A DNA stretch of 26,112 bases from a virus (lineage: Duplodnaviria; Caudoviricetes): positions 1 through 26,112 of IMG/VR virus record IMGVR_UViG_3300043103_000219. The stretch is one strand, 5' to 3'. Shown piece by piece: positions 1 through 9,800 of the stretch (within the stretch, counting starts at the first letter, position 1; each line of letters opens with the position of its first letter). The notes beneath the pieces are model-generated. The model was not told the DNA's origin and made no database searches. It saw only the letters and a program-made list of their open reading frames with translations. The position numbers and the translations under genes were made by a program.

Positions 1-103
1 GATGAACTGTTCCATCATATCTTTTACTAATCTCTGGGTCTGCTATTTCTGAACCGAAAACCCAACTATCGCCATCGCAAATAATTTTTAATTTTTTTTC
101 CAT
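1..103 (-). CDS. SGNH/GDSL-like hydrolase, N-terminal part only (runs off the left edge)
   Basis: Read manually: ATG at 103-101 overlaps the upstream TAA (TAATG). Translation MEKKLKIICDGDSWVFGSEIADPEISKRYDGTVH contains an SGNH block I GDS motif. Not in the ORF track. Confidence 0.7.
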   Translation of the reverse strand, partial: MEKKLKIICDGDSWVFGSEIADPEISKRYDGTVH

Positions 104-774
104 TATATTAATTTTGTTTTAAATACCATCTCCAATGGTTCTTGATATAGTTTATTAAGGATTATTTTAGAAAATTCTCTATGCCCATCGTAAGACCAAT
201 GTGCATCAATAATTTTACCTTTAGTTGCTTCTTGAATTCTTTCATACACATTCTCATCCATATAATTTATTATATCCCAATTTATACATTTTTTTACACC
301 TTTTAATAAAAATAATTTTTTTAAAAAACTAAATCTATTATCAACTCGCATATCGTTTAATTCATTATCCATCAACCAAGTATTATATAATATACTATCA
401 ATTTCTAAAGAATCATATCCTTCATATTTTAATGTTTCATACGATTGTGGAGTTATTGTTAAAAATTTTCTAATATATGGTTGATTTTTTTTGCGTGTTG
501 GTGCAATATCAAATCTATGTGTAAATGTTTTTTGAATAATTACTATATCTCCTTCTGAAATAGAATCAAATACTTCTATCATATTATCAAATATAACATC
601 ATTCGATATCGCACCCATCCCATAGTTATACAATTTATATCCTATTTCTTTAGCAACTATTTCTGGCCAAATTAAATCATTTTCATTTTTACGATATGAT
701 TTAGGATATACTTCGTGTGATAAGCACCCATTACCATATGTAAAAGAACATCCAAATACAAATAAATTATTCAT
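103..774 (-). CDS. SGNH/GDSL hydrolase-like protein (putative esterase/acyltransferase)
   Basis: Block I-like FGCSFTYG, block II-like NYGMGAISN, C-terminal DAHWSYDGH (DxH...GH). Confidence 0.7.
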   Translation of the reverse strand: MNNLFVFGCSFTYGNGCLSHEVYPKSYRKNENDLIWPEIVAKEIGYKLYNYGMGAISNDVIFDNMIEVFDSISEGDIVIIQKTFTHRFDIAPTRKKNQPYIRKFLTITPQSYETLKYEGYDSLEIDSILYNTWLMDNELNDMRVDNRFSFLKKLFLLKGVKKCINWDIINYMDENVYERIQEATKGKIIDAHWSYDGHREFSKIILNKLYQEPLEMVFKTKLI

Positions 775-2020
775 TGTTTAATATAAATTTTAATAATTTT
801 TCAGAATTATATGGTTTAGTTAGGTATCTCATAAATAAATTATAATTGGATTGCATTTTATCAGAATATAACTTTTTTATCTGCAAATGAGCATTATCTA
901 AATTATTTTCATTAGTTTTATATAATTCTAAAACATATTCTATACTTTTAAATATTGAATTTTTCATATTTTCGGAAAGTTCATCTATAAAATTTGTTTT
1001 TGAAAAATCAAAGAATTCTGTATTTAGAAACCAAAATCCCATTTCGTGTAATTCTAAAAAATTAATTGGATTCATATCCATAATAAATGGTATATCCATT
1101 TTTGAATATAATATTGCTTTCAATGTTTTTTCTGTAATATACTGACGATTCATACTTTGATATGGAAATATGAATTCTTCAAAATTACTTGTTTCAAATG
1201 CAAATGCACATACAGAAGTTATATAATCTAAATAAGATGTAGTGTGACATCTAATATCCCAAGTTGGAGTATGTAGACAATTAAATTTAGTAAAAAAATT
1301 AGGTCGTGGGGATTCTTTATATATTTCCAATAAATCAATATCAACTCCTTTATCTATAAATTCTAATTTAATATCATCATACATTTTATCTCTTGGAACT
1401 TTATAATTCTTTCGCAAATACATTCCAATTAAATTTTGCTTACTGACATCTAATTTATTATACGGATAGAAATCAAACCCATATTGATAATAGGAATATA
1501 TTAAATTTAAAAATGGTTCGTAATAAAAGTTCTTATCATTATAACTTACATTACTACACGATATTACTTTTTTATCTTTTATAAAATTTTGTAATGTATT
1601 ATTTTTAGTATGAATCGCTTCGCTTACGTTTAAATAAATTACTTCTAAAATATTTTTATCTATTTTGGTAAAATCATCATATTGGATTCCTTCAATAAAT
1701 AATCTTCGAACAAATAAGAATACTTTATCATATTTCTCTTGCTGTATTTGTTGTTTAGCAAAATTTACATAACCACTTATATCTTCATATTGTTGAGTTA
1801 CAAACTTAAAATCAATATCAGTATTTTCAAATTTAAATTTATAGAATTTATCAATATTTTCTAATGTTTGAGATTCATCTTCATACCAACGTTGTATTGG
1901 TATTTGTGGTGTATCATTTGGATTTATTTTAGCAAATCCTCTATCGATAATATAGGGCATGAAGTATGATAACATCATACCATCGATTGTACTATTTGCT
2001 ATAAATAAAACTTTTTTCAT
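767..2020 (-). CDS. hypothetical protein with a GT10 (fucosyltransferase)-like C-terminal motif
   Basis: AFAFETS...YITEKTLKAI resembles the GT10 FENS...YVTEK motif. 417 aa, overlaps both neighbours. Confidence 0.45.
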   Translation of the reverse strand: MKKVLFIANSTIDGMMLSYFMPYIIDRGFAKINPNDTPQIPIQRWYEDESQTLENIDKFYKFKFENTDIDFKFVTQQYEDISGYVNFAKQQIQQEKYDKVFLFVRRLFIEGIQYDDFTKIDKNILEVIYLNVSEAIHTKNNTLQNFIKDKKVISCSNVSYNDKNFYYEPFLNLIYSYYQYGFDFYPYNKLDVSKQNLIGMYLRKNYKVPRDKMYDDIKLEFIDKGVDIDLLEIYKESPRPNFFTKFNCLHTPTWDIRCHTTSYLDYITSVCAFAFETSNFEEFIFPYQSMNRQYITEKTLKAILYSKMDIPFIMDMNPINFLELHEMGFWFLNTEFFDFSKTNFIDELSENMKNSIFKSIEYVLELYKTNENNLDNAHLQIKKLYSDKMQSNYNLFMRYLTKPYNSEKLLKFILNNE

Positions 2021-2919
2021 TATATGATTCTCGGATTCTTATTAGCTTCTTCAGTACCATACCCATTATGATACCAATCCCAATGTAATTCTTGTATCTC
2101 GTTCCAATCGTTAATACTATGTAACCCCTTCTCTTGTGCTATTTTTCTAACAACATAATACGGATTGGCGTGGTCTGCATATGGATGAATATTCCAATTG
2201 GTAAGATATTTGTATAATAGTGTACCAGGTCCATAATAATATTCCGGATTATCTACAAATTCTTTTCTTTGCTTTTGAGCCAACCCTTTATCCATTATAT
2301 CAATATACCAAAAATATATGTTTGATAATAAATCCATTGTAGGCGAATCTGTATAAAAGAATACATCATCAAAACAACTTTGATTAAATTCCAATGGAAA
2401 TCTAGTCGGAGTTGGCGAAGATGCGTACGCAGTTAACGGTCTTAATACGTGTGGATGAAATTTTGAAATTGGTCCACCATATCGGTTTATACCTTCTTGT
2501 GGAAAATTTATATCCAATCTAGTTTTAACAACCATATCATAGGTTATATCGTTTTCTAATTCGTATTTTCTCTTTAAGTTAATACTTCTCATAAAACTAT
2601 AAAATAATCCAGACCAAGCGTGTAGATGGTTGGATGAATCATATTGTTCATATTCCATTTCAGCAGGCAAAAATGTTAATTTAATATCATCTTCCTCCGA
2701 TACATTGGTTATTTTATAATCTTTATTTTGCCATCTCGGTTCAGTTTTGTCTCTGTAACTATTTGTATCCCAAGTGTGAATAAAGTAATCTACTCTTACT
2801 CTAACATTTCTTTCAACACAAATTTTTGTATTAAAATAATTTAGAATATTATCACTAGCGGTTTTCCAAGTTCTTGGTTGTCCGCTTAAACAAACTGCTA
2901 TATTAAATACTTTTGCCAT
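2020..2919 (-). CDS. uncharacterised putative glycosyltransferase-like protein, paralog of 2921-3709
   Basis: IAVCLSGQPRTW, DYFIHTWD, YDMVVKTRLD and DVFFY motifs shared with the neighbour. Lies within the glycan cluster. Confidence 0.5.
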   Translation of the reverse strand: MAKVFNIAVCLSGQPRTWKTASDNILNYFNTKICVERNVRVRVDYFIHTWDTNSYRDKTEPRWQNKDYKITNVSEEDDIKLTFLPAEMEYEQYDSSNHLHAWSGLFYSFMRSINLKRKYELENDITYDMVVKTRLDINFPQEGINRYGGPISKFHPHVLRPLTAYASSPTPTRFPLEFNQSCFDDVFFYTDSPTMDLLSNIYFWYIDIMDKGLAQKQRKEFVDNPEYYYGPGTLLYKYLTNWNIHPYADHANPYYVVRKIAQEKGLHSINDWNEIQELHWDWYHNGYGTEEANKNPRII

Positions 2920-2920
2920 A

Positions 2921-3709
2921 TTATCTTCTTACTTCTGGGTCTATTTTTACTTTTGATGAACCTATGTGAAACATTCGTGCAAAATATACCAACATTTCTT
3001 CAATTCTAAAATCATCTCTAAAAATCATTGGGTCTAATTGTGGTAACCAATTATATAATGATGATATCAAATCATATGTTTCTGAATCCGAATAAAAAAA
3101 TATATCACCTATTGCATCATACGGCATTTCATCACTAGCATATCCGTGACACGAATATATTGTTTTTGGTTTAATTGGAGTCCAATCTACTGATAATATT
3201 CTTCTATTTAATTCATTAAAATTTAAATCGGGTCTTAATCTTACACACATATCATATCTGAATCCATTATCCAACTCATATTGTCTTTTCAAATGACCAG
3301 CCATCATAATTCCATATAATTGACTAGATGCCCAACTTAGTGGACACCATTTTAAATTGTTTGTTCTAAATTGAGTTCTACCATCCATTATATCTTTTCT
3401 CGATGCACTTTTGATTTCACTTTCAATTAAGAAGTTTTTTGGTTCGATTGTTTTTATATAATCAAAAATTTCATCAGAAGTTTGATGGTCTGCGGGAGGA
3501 GCTTGAAATCCTTCTATACCATATCTTTCCTTAGTCCATACTGAATATGGTTTACTATTGAAATCCCAAGTATGTACAAAATAATCAACTTCGATATCCG
3601 TATCTTCTAAGTTTTTGTTTTTCTTCAATTCACTAAATAATAGATTCCAGCTCTCATAGCATTGCCTCCAAGTTCTGGGTTGTCCACTTAAACAAACTGC
3701 GATTTTCAT
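2921..3709 (-). CDS. uncharacterised putative glycosyltransferase-like protein, paralog of 2020-2919
   Basis: IAVCLSGQPRTW, DYFVHTWD, YDMCVRLRPD and DIFFY motifs. Confidence 0.5.
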   Translation of the reverse strand: MKIAVCLSGQPRTWRQCYESWNLLFSELKKNKNLEDTDIEVDYFVHTWDFNSKPYSVWTKERYGIEGFQAPPADHQTSDEIFDYIKTIEPKNFLIESEIKSASRKDIMDGRTQFRTNNLKWCPLSWASSQLYGIMMAGHLKRQYELDNGFRYDMCVRLRPDLNFNELNRRILSVDWTPIKPKTIYSCHGYASDEMPYDAIGDIFFYSDSETYDLISSLYNWLPQLDPMIFRDDFRIEEMLVYFARMFHIGSSKVKIDPEVRR

Positions 3710-3710
3710 A

Positions 3711-4469
3711 TTAATAATTAATTACATTATCTACATATAATTGTGGAAAATTACCATTAAACGCATAATTCCATATTTTATATTGATTCATTTTTTCAAA
3801 GTCACAAAAGAATGCAAATTCTTTACTTAACTCCCAACTTTTTTTGAAAACTAAATTATCTTCAAATATAGGCTCACAATATTCGGTTTTATAATTTGCA
3901 ATTATGTGTTGAATTTCATCATTATCCAATGCTTTTCTTACCGAAAACATCAAATCATATTCAAATTCGCCATCTTGTTTTTCTCCATCAGTTAACATAC
4001 TACCACATCCAAACCAATATGGAGAATCATTATATAACGCCGGCAATTCATCACTCGTATAGTTTAATTCGCCTACTACCTTGCCATTATAATAACATAG
4101 TATCCGTCTTTCGTACTGATTATGCACCAATGCCAATTCTACAAATGAATCAAATTCCGTTTCTTCGATTTTGTGATGTACCTGTCTTACTTCTAATTTA
4201 GGACTAGATGTGCTATTATTCCAAAACCAATACGAATATTGTATGTAAGATGCAAATTCATATTCATCTTTCAGTGCGGATATACCCGAATGAGCTCCAC
4301 TTCTACTTACTATGAACGAATCGGATTGTTTCAGTACATCTGCATTTATTTTTACTTTAACAAATAAAGTAAAATCATTAGCCATTGAATCATCTGAATT
4401 ATCATTATCAAAATAACCATTTTTAGGATTCATCATAAAGATATTATCCTTATTTATTTTTAAACTCAT
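3711..4469 (-). CDS. stand-alone LamG/concanavalin A-like domain protein
   Basis: DFTLFVKVK, LALVHN...ILCYYNGKVV, YWFG, RKALDNDEIQHI follow the Laminin_G_3 pattern. Confidence 0.6.
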   Translation of the reverse strand: MSLKINKDNIFMMNPKNGYFDNDNSDDSMANDFTLFVKVKINADVLKQSDSFIVSRSGAHSGISALKDEYEFASYIQYSYWFWNNSTSSPKLEVRQVHHKIEETEFDSFVELALVHNQYERRILCYYNGKVVGELNYTSDELPALYNDSPYWFGCGSMLTDGEKQDGEFEYDLMFSVRKALDNDEIQHIIANYKTEYCEPIFEDNLVFKKSWELSKEFAFFCDFEKMNQYKIWNYAFNGNFPQLYVDNVINY

Positions 4470-5881
4470 AGTTTTATTGTTTTACAAAAGTTATAAAATT
4501 CTTCTAATTCTGGAAACGTTTTAACAAAATTAGTACCTCTTCTTTTATCGTGCTCTTCAAAATGTTTAGCAAAGTTATATTGATTCTGAAGTTTCATAGC
4601 GCCATCTTGCGGTGCTACCATCCAATCGTATATTCTTCTAACTTTTTGAACTTCAATATCCGCATACCCAATATGACGTGAATCAAATGATGGGGCTGAT
4701 AAATATGATATCAATTTAGCTTGGTCTAAAATATTGTGAGAGAAATCATATGGTAAAACTTGCACAGTTTGATGCGATGGCCATCGTAAATACGATGAAT
4801 CCAAAAACGTAGCCGAATTCCAATATCTATCAGTACTAGCATATGTTTGTTTCAATTTATAAACTTCACTAATTAACTTACCATAATTAAGTACACTTAG
4901 TGCATTATATGTAGCCATAAATGTTACAATCGTTCTCGATGATGAAGATAGTACTTTGTTAACATTATCCCAAAATTTATTAAATTCTAGTCCGGTTCTG
5001 ATGTATTCAGCTTGCTCACCCCAAGTATCACTTGATGTAAATATGATGATTTCTTCAACTCTACCCTCATCTTCTATTCTCTTAATCTTTTCAATCAATT
5101 TATCTATCAACGCATCTGGAGCTCCTAAATTAGAATTAATTGCCAATTTTAATTTTCTATTTGGGTTTGGATGTTCTATAATATAATCCAATACTTTAAA
5201 AGTATCTTTACTCAAAAGTGGCTCACCGCCAGTTATTCTAAATGTATGAAGCTCGTTATATAATTCAGGCCACCACTTCCAAAATGCTTCTGTATATGGA
5301 TTATATTCGGAATGCTTAATCGGCATTTTGTTTTCTCTAATCATCCATTCGATATCGTTGAAATTATCGGTAGTAGGATATCCCCCACTCTTTTCAATTT
5401 CTTCTACCCACTTAGAACTAAAAGATGGTCCACAATACATACATTTAAAGTTACAAGCATTACTGAATGCAACTTCTACATATTTAGGATTATAATCTGC
5501 TCTCCAATCAGATTCAAATATTTCTTCCTTATATGGGAACGACCAACTTTCGGCTGATTTAAATACTCTATCTGAAAATCTATCAGAATTATCTTCCACA
5601 TTCCAACAATAATCACATTCGGAAGGTCTAGCTCCTTGCAACATTTCTTTTCTACGAAGTTTTTTATATTTCGTATTATGTAACGCAGATGGGTTTCTTG
5701 CTATTTCCGTTTCTGAAATTTTATGTGTAGTCGGATGGTGACACGAATGATTATGACCACTTTGTAATTGTAGAGTTACTTGTGTCCATTTTGCTAAACA
5801 CATACCACTACCTACCGAATCCAACTCCTTTTTCATACTAACGTAAAAAGGATTTTCTAAATTTGTTTTTTTATCTGCCAT
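4466..5881 (-). CDS. radical SAM enzyme with N-terminal SPASM/twitch-like Cys cluster
   Basis: CNFKCMYC (CX3CX2C), ITGGEPLL, and N-terminal MCLAKW...SCHH...ECDYCW. Confidence 0.88.
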   Translation of the reverse strand: MADKKTNLENPFYVSMKKELDSVGSGMCLAKWTQVTLQLQSGHNHSCHHPTTHKISETEIARNPSALHNTKYKKLRRKEMLQGARPSECDYCWNVEDNSDRFSDRVFKSAESWSFPYKEEIFESDWRADYNPKYVEVAFSNACNFKCMYCGPSFSSKWVEEIEKSGGYPTTDNFNDIEWMIRENKMPIKHSEYNPYTEAFWKWWPELYNELHTFRITGGEPLLSKDTFKVLDYIIEHPNPNRKLKLAINSNLGAPDALIDKLIEKIKRIEDEGRVEEIIIFTSSDTWGEQAEYIRTGLEFNKFWDNVNKVLSSSSRTIVTFMATYNALSVLNYGKLISEVYKLKQTYASTDRYWNSATFLDSSYLRWPSHQTVQVLPYDFSHNILDQAKLISYLSAPSFDSRHIGYADIEVQKVRRIYDWMVAPQDGAMKLQNQYNFAKHFEEHDKRRGTNFVKTFPELEEFYNFCKTIKL

Positions 5882-5883
5882 AA

Positions 5884-7290
5884 CTATGCTTTAACATTTA
5901 TCATTTTATGTCTATTATATATAGTATCAATTGATACTAATTCGTAATTCATTGAGTTAATCCCATCGGATTTATAATCTATTTTACCCTGCTGCATTTG
6001 TAGGATATATCGTTCTTCATTCTTTGCAGTTGTTTCTCCCTTCGCCCATTTATCGATACCACCGATATTTATTAAACCTTCCGTTTGATGTGGTAAACAT
6101 CTAAATCTACCATCTCTTCTGTATGGTAGTATTGTATTTGGTATTTCTACTTTTTCCTTTTTTAATTCAACATTATGTCTATCACCGAAATCTAAATTCA
6201 TAGTGAAAATATCTAATACCAAATTATCTTCAGGTATTTCTTTATGCAAATTTTTAATTTCGGTTTTAGATAAACATCTATCCCACATTTGAATACTTGC
6301 TATTGCACCTTTAAAATAAGTTTCACCATTTGTTGATGAATATCCGATTTGAAACGGCTCCATTCCATACTTTTTCAATGGTTCGGTATATTGTAATGGT
6401 GAAGATGTTCCGGTGCCCAATCTAGCATCACTTTCTTTTCCATTTAAATAAAAATGTATGAATTTTTTATCAGTATTCACAGATAAAGTTATCCAACTCC
6501 ATTGATTTTCATATCGCTTAATCCATTGATATAAATGCGTTTTAACTCTATCCCATAGCATAGCTGTATATGCTCTACTATTATTAAAAGATAATCCCCA
6601 ATCATATCCCGGCTTCCTAAATATAGGATATTCTATAAATTGTCTATTAGTATCGCCGATTAACCAAATTGGTACTTTTTCTATTTGCTGTTCAGCTTTT
6701 ACTAATATAGAAATTGTATGTGAATTCGAAATTGCGTTTCTTTGTTCTCTACTTGGTTTAAACGATATTTTAGAATCGATACCATTAAAATATGCAGCGT
6801 ACACCTCTTCGTTATAATCCAATGTAGTACGATTTGCGTACCCTTCCTGAACACATCTCCAAAATAAGTCATCATCCTCCATTCCCCAATCCCAATACTC
6901 ATTGGAGTATCCGTTTGTTTTATAAACCTGCTCTTTTGAAAATAAAACTGCTCCGCCAAAATACTCTTCATATTTTAGTTGATAGTCCGATTGTGAGATA
7001 CGAACTGCGATGTGTTGGGGATTATCATTAGGAAACGAATAATCACAACTCTCATCTTCGGGAACCATATCGATATCATGCCAAACAATATAATCACACC
7101 CATCATCAAATGCGTGTTTGGCTGCAATATTTTTCATTAGACCTCTATTGAACAATTTATCATCGTATTGATGGGCTAAATAAATCGTATGCTCAATTCC
7201 CCTCTCTTCCAAAAACTTTGAAACATGAGGAACAAACTCATTCATATGAGCTTCTCTATTTCTATATGGTACACAAACGCCTAATTTCAT
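5884..7290 (-). CDS. GT7 (beta-1,4-galactosyltransferase family) glycosyltransferase with inserted LamG domain
   Basis: VPYRNR, FNRG, HDID (DxD), YFGG, NGYSNEYWDWGMEDDD; LamG-like segment at about aa 160-385; GT7 tail RRDGRFRCLPH...DGINSMNY. Confidence 0.88.
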   Translation of the reverse strand: MKLGVCVPYRNREAHMNEFVPHVSKFLEERGIEHTIYLAHQYDDKLFNRGLMKNIAAKHAFDDGCDYIVWHDIDMVPEDESCDYSFPNDNPQHIAVRISQSDYQLKYEEYFGGAVLFSKEQVYKTNGYSNEYWDWGMEDDDLFWRCVQEGYANRTTLDYNEEVYAAYFNGIDSKISFKPSREQRNAISNSHTISILVKAEQQIEKVPIWLIGDTNRQFIEYPIFRKPGYDWGLSFNNSRAYTAMLWDRVKTHLYQWIKRYENQWSWITLSVNTDKKFIHFYLNGKESDARLGTGTSSPLQYTEPLKKYGMEPFQIGYSSTNGETYFKGAIASIQMWDRCLSKTEIKNLHKEIPEDNLVLDIFTMNLDFGDRHNVELKKEKVEIPNTILPYRRDGRFRCLPHQTEGLINIGGIDKWAKGETTAKNEERYILQMQQGKIDYKSDGINSMNYELVSIDTIYNRHKMINVKA

Positions 7291-8690
7291 TATATTCCAA
7301 CATTTATTATTTTAATATTATCGGTAGTTTCAACACCATGTGTATGATATTGTAAAGTACTTAATCCATCATTTTCTAATAAAAAATCATTTATACTAAC
7401 TTCATTTACAAATCTAAGTTGATTCCATCTAGTCGATTGGTCTTTCCAAGCATTACCAATAAATCCATTCTCATCATGCTTTAATGATTTAAACAACGAT
7501 TTTCTACGATGTGGTATATAAAAGTTTTCATATTCTTCAATATTTTCTTTTACAATTTCACATTTATTTATAATTCCAATATTATCATTATCGGATAAAT
7601 CTACCAATTTATAATTTGAAATATGATTTGCATCGTAATGTATTTTCAATGATTCCGTTGATGATATTCCCGATTCACAAATTTCTTTCACATCATTTTC
7701 TGATAAATTTTCAGTATAGTATCCAAAATATTCAATCGTACCTTTAAACCAATTTGGTATCATTTCTCTATTGGGATTACCAACTCCTAAATAAAAGTGG
7801 GATTCTTTTCTATAACGTGCATTGAATCTATTAATAGGATTAGTATAACCAATGAGTTTACCATTCTGATACATTGTTATTATAGTGGAGGCGGCATTAT
7901 ATGTTAATGTTATATTAGTTTTATAATTTGGCTTTATATCCGTATTCAAATATACAGCTTTCAATTTATTATCAAATGTACAAAAGTTATATCTACCAAA
8001 GGATGTATATGCAATTGCAAAATCGTAACCAGGTATACTAAATACAGTAAATTCATCGGATTGTTTAGTATGGTCTAATATTAAATTTTCGGGTTTAAAA
8101 CATATTGTAATTGTAAAATCATTATTTAAATCTATTACATTATCACATTTAACATATGCATCGTTTCCATTAAATCTTAAAACATTTTTATGTTTACCAA
8201 TGTTTTTTAATTGTAACGTATCTAATCCAGCTGAATGGTGTTTACATCTTAAAAGTAAATCATCATCTTCATATCCCCAACCCCAATATTTATTTGAATA
8301 ACCATCTATTTTTTCAAAAACATCATTTGAAAACATAGTTACACCACCAAAGTAGGTATCAAATATAACTCGTTCCTTTTCTCCAGCTTCCAATTCAAAA
8401 TTAGTAGATAAATGTAATGGAATATCCGAATATGAATAATCTACATCAATTGGTAGCATATCAACATCGTGGAATACTACATAATCGCATTTAAGTTTTT
8501 TAGCTTGCTTAAATCCGATGTTGAGTAACATCCCACGATTGAATAGTTTTGCATCATCTTGCTTAACTACTATTACTTCGTATTCTATATCGGTTTTATT
8601 TAAATACGAAGTAATGTGTTTAAGGAATATATTCAAATGCTCATATCTATTTCTAAAAGGTACAATTACACCTAATTTATGCATTTGCAT
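7290..8690 (-). CDS. GT7 (beta-1,4-galactosyltransferase family) glycosyltransferase with inserted LamG domain
   Basis: VPFRNR, FNRGMLLNIG, HDVD, YFGG, GYSNKYWGWGYEDDD; LamG-like segment (LRFNGNDAYV...DFTITICFKP...FKGTI); tail FKSLKH...DGLSTLQY. Confidence 0.88.
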   Translation of the reverse strand: MQMHKLGVIVPFRNRYEHLNIFLKHITSYLNKTDIEYEVIVVKQDDAKLFNRGMLLNIGFKQAKKLKCDYVVFHDVDMLPIDVDYSYSDIPLHLSTNFELEAGEKERVIFDTYFGGVTMFSNDVFEKIDGYSNKYWGWGYEDDDLLLRCKHHSAGLDTLQLKNIGKHKNVLRFNGNDAYVKCDNVIDLNNDFTITICFKPENLILDHTKQSDEFTVFSIPGYDFAIAYTSFGRYNFCTFDNKLKAVYLNTDIKPNYKTNITLTYNAASTIITMYQNGKLIGYTNPINRFNARYRKESHFYLGVGNPNREMIPNWFKGTIEYFGYYTENLSENDVKEICESGISSTESLKIHYDANHISNYKLVDLSDNDNIGIINKCEIVKENIEEYENFYIPHRRKSLFKSLKHDENGFIGNAWKDQSTRWNQLRFVNEVSINDFLLENDGLSTLQYHTHGVETTDNIKIINVGI

Positions 8691-8898
8691 CTATATCATT
8701 TTCATTTTTTTTAGTAGTCTTATGCCACTCTGCTAAATAAAATTGAATTCTATCACTCCACTCATCTTTATCAATTTCTTCAAACCAAACAGTCAATGCA
8801 TCTACCGCATTAGCAATTTTTTCTAATGCCTTTACTTTTCTATTTTCTAATGATAATAATTCCTCTTGTTCAGTCATTACTTTAGTTGATTTATTCAT
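8677..8898 (-). CDS. small acidic helical hypothetical protein
   Basis: 73-aa ORF filling the gap between genes, preceded by a promoter-like element. Confidence 0.65.
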   Translation of the reverse strand: MNKSTKVMTEQEELLSLENRKVKALEKIANAVDALTVWFEEIDKDEWSDRIQFYLAEWHKTTKKNENDIDANA

Positions 8899-8913
8899 AG
8901 TTTTTTATTTTTA

Positions 8914-8945
8914 TAAATTTACGATTTTTATTTGGTATTAACAAA
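8914..8945 (-). promoter_or_regulatory. Bacteroidetes-type primary sigma promoter (near consensus)
   Basis: Minus strand TTTG-N20-TAAATTTA versus consensus TTTG-N19-21-TAnnTTTG. Intergenic, upstream of the 73-aa gene and the GT7 genes. Confidence 0.55.
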
Positions 8946-9800
8946 TTATATTGATACTATTTTCTTTAATAATTTATTCCAATTTTTATAATTTTCATAA
9001 TTGGAAGTAGGGCAATGTTCAAACATATACTCCATATCATCAATATCAACTTTAAATCTGCATTTTGATAATTGTCTATACATTATTCTATATTCTTCCG
9101 AATAAGCGTAATCTTTTTGTATATTTGCAACATCTCTAATTCTTTGTCCGGCGGTACTATCCCATTTAAAATGATGTACTTGAACCGAATAATTATCTAT
9201 TGGTGCTATTTGTGGGTGATTCCAACCTTGCCATCGCCAAGTCGTATGTTCATTGATTATAGCATAATGTTGACCGGATGAAATCGGAACTGAACCTTTC
9301 ACTATACAAACTTTGTTTGGACAAGCTCCACTCATTGGATATCTAAAAAAGCCAGCCATTGGAAATTGGACAAATATATTTTCGGTTTCATTTATTTCAT
9401 TGAATGACCCATCGTTTCCTATTCTGTCAATAAATCCACCCCTAACCACATTCCACCCATTATATTCGCAATCTATTATAATTTCTTTTAATGGTTTTGA
9501 GTATAAATGAAATTCATCATCATCTGAAACTACCCACCAATCATTTGGATGAGTTAGTTTTGTTTCATTATATAATTGCGTAACATATTCCCAATTAAAT
9601 TTTTCTTTAGTTTCTCTTCTAACTATTTTTACATTTGAAAATTTAGAAACAATCTCTTGTACTGAATCGTATGTACTAAATCCTTCCCACTCATATACTA
9701 CTACATGAATTTCATCTACTAAATGAGTATAATGCTTCAGCATATGAAAGAGTGTGTTAGTACGAGAGCCTGTTACTGTAACCAATCTTACTTTATTCAT
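8946..9800 (-). CDS. GT-A fold glycosyltransferase (GT2/GT92-like)
   Basis: MLKHY..LVD, WWVVSDDDEF (DxDE), later K...GQH and HHFKW motifs typical of Glyco_tranf_2_4/GT92-like proteins. Confidence 0.65.
   Translation of the reverse strand: MNKVRLVTVTGSRTNTLFHMLKHYTHLVDEIHVVVYEWEGFSTYDSVQEIVSKFSNVKIVRRETKEKFNWEYVTQLYNETKLTHPNDWWVVSDDDEFHLYSKPLKEIIIDCEYNGWNVVRGGFIDRIGNDGSFNEINETENIFVQFPMAGFFRYPMSGACPNKVCIVKGSVPISSGQHYAIINEHTTWRWQGWNHPQIAPIDNYSVQVHHFKWDSTAGQRIRDVANIQKDYAYSEEYRIMYRQLSKCRFKVDIDDMEYMFEHCPTSNYENYKNWNKLLKKIVSI

Noticed and set aside
5884-8690. Intein or intron as the GT7 insert
   Set aside because: There are no intein terminal motifs (Cys start, HN-C/S/T end) or homing endonuclease motifs, and the insert has LamG features and is in frame.
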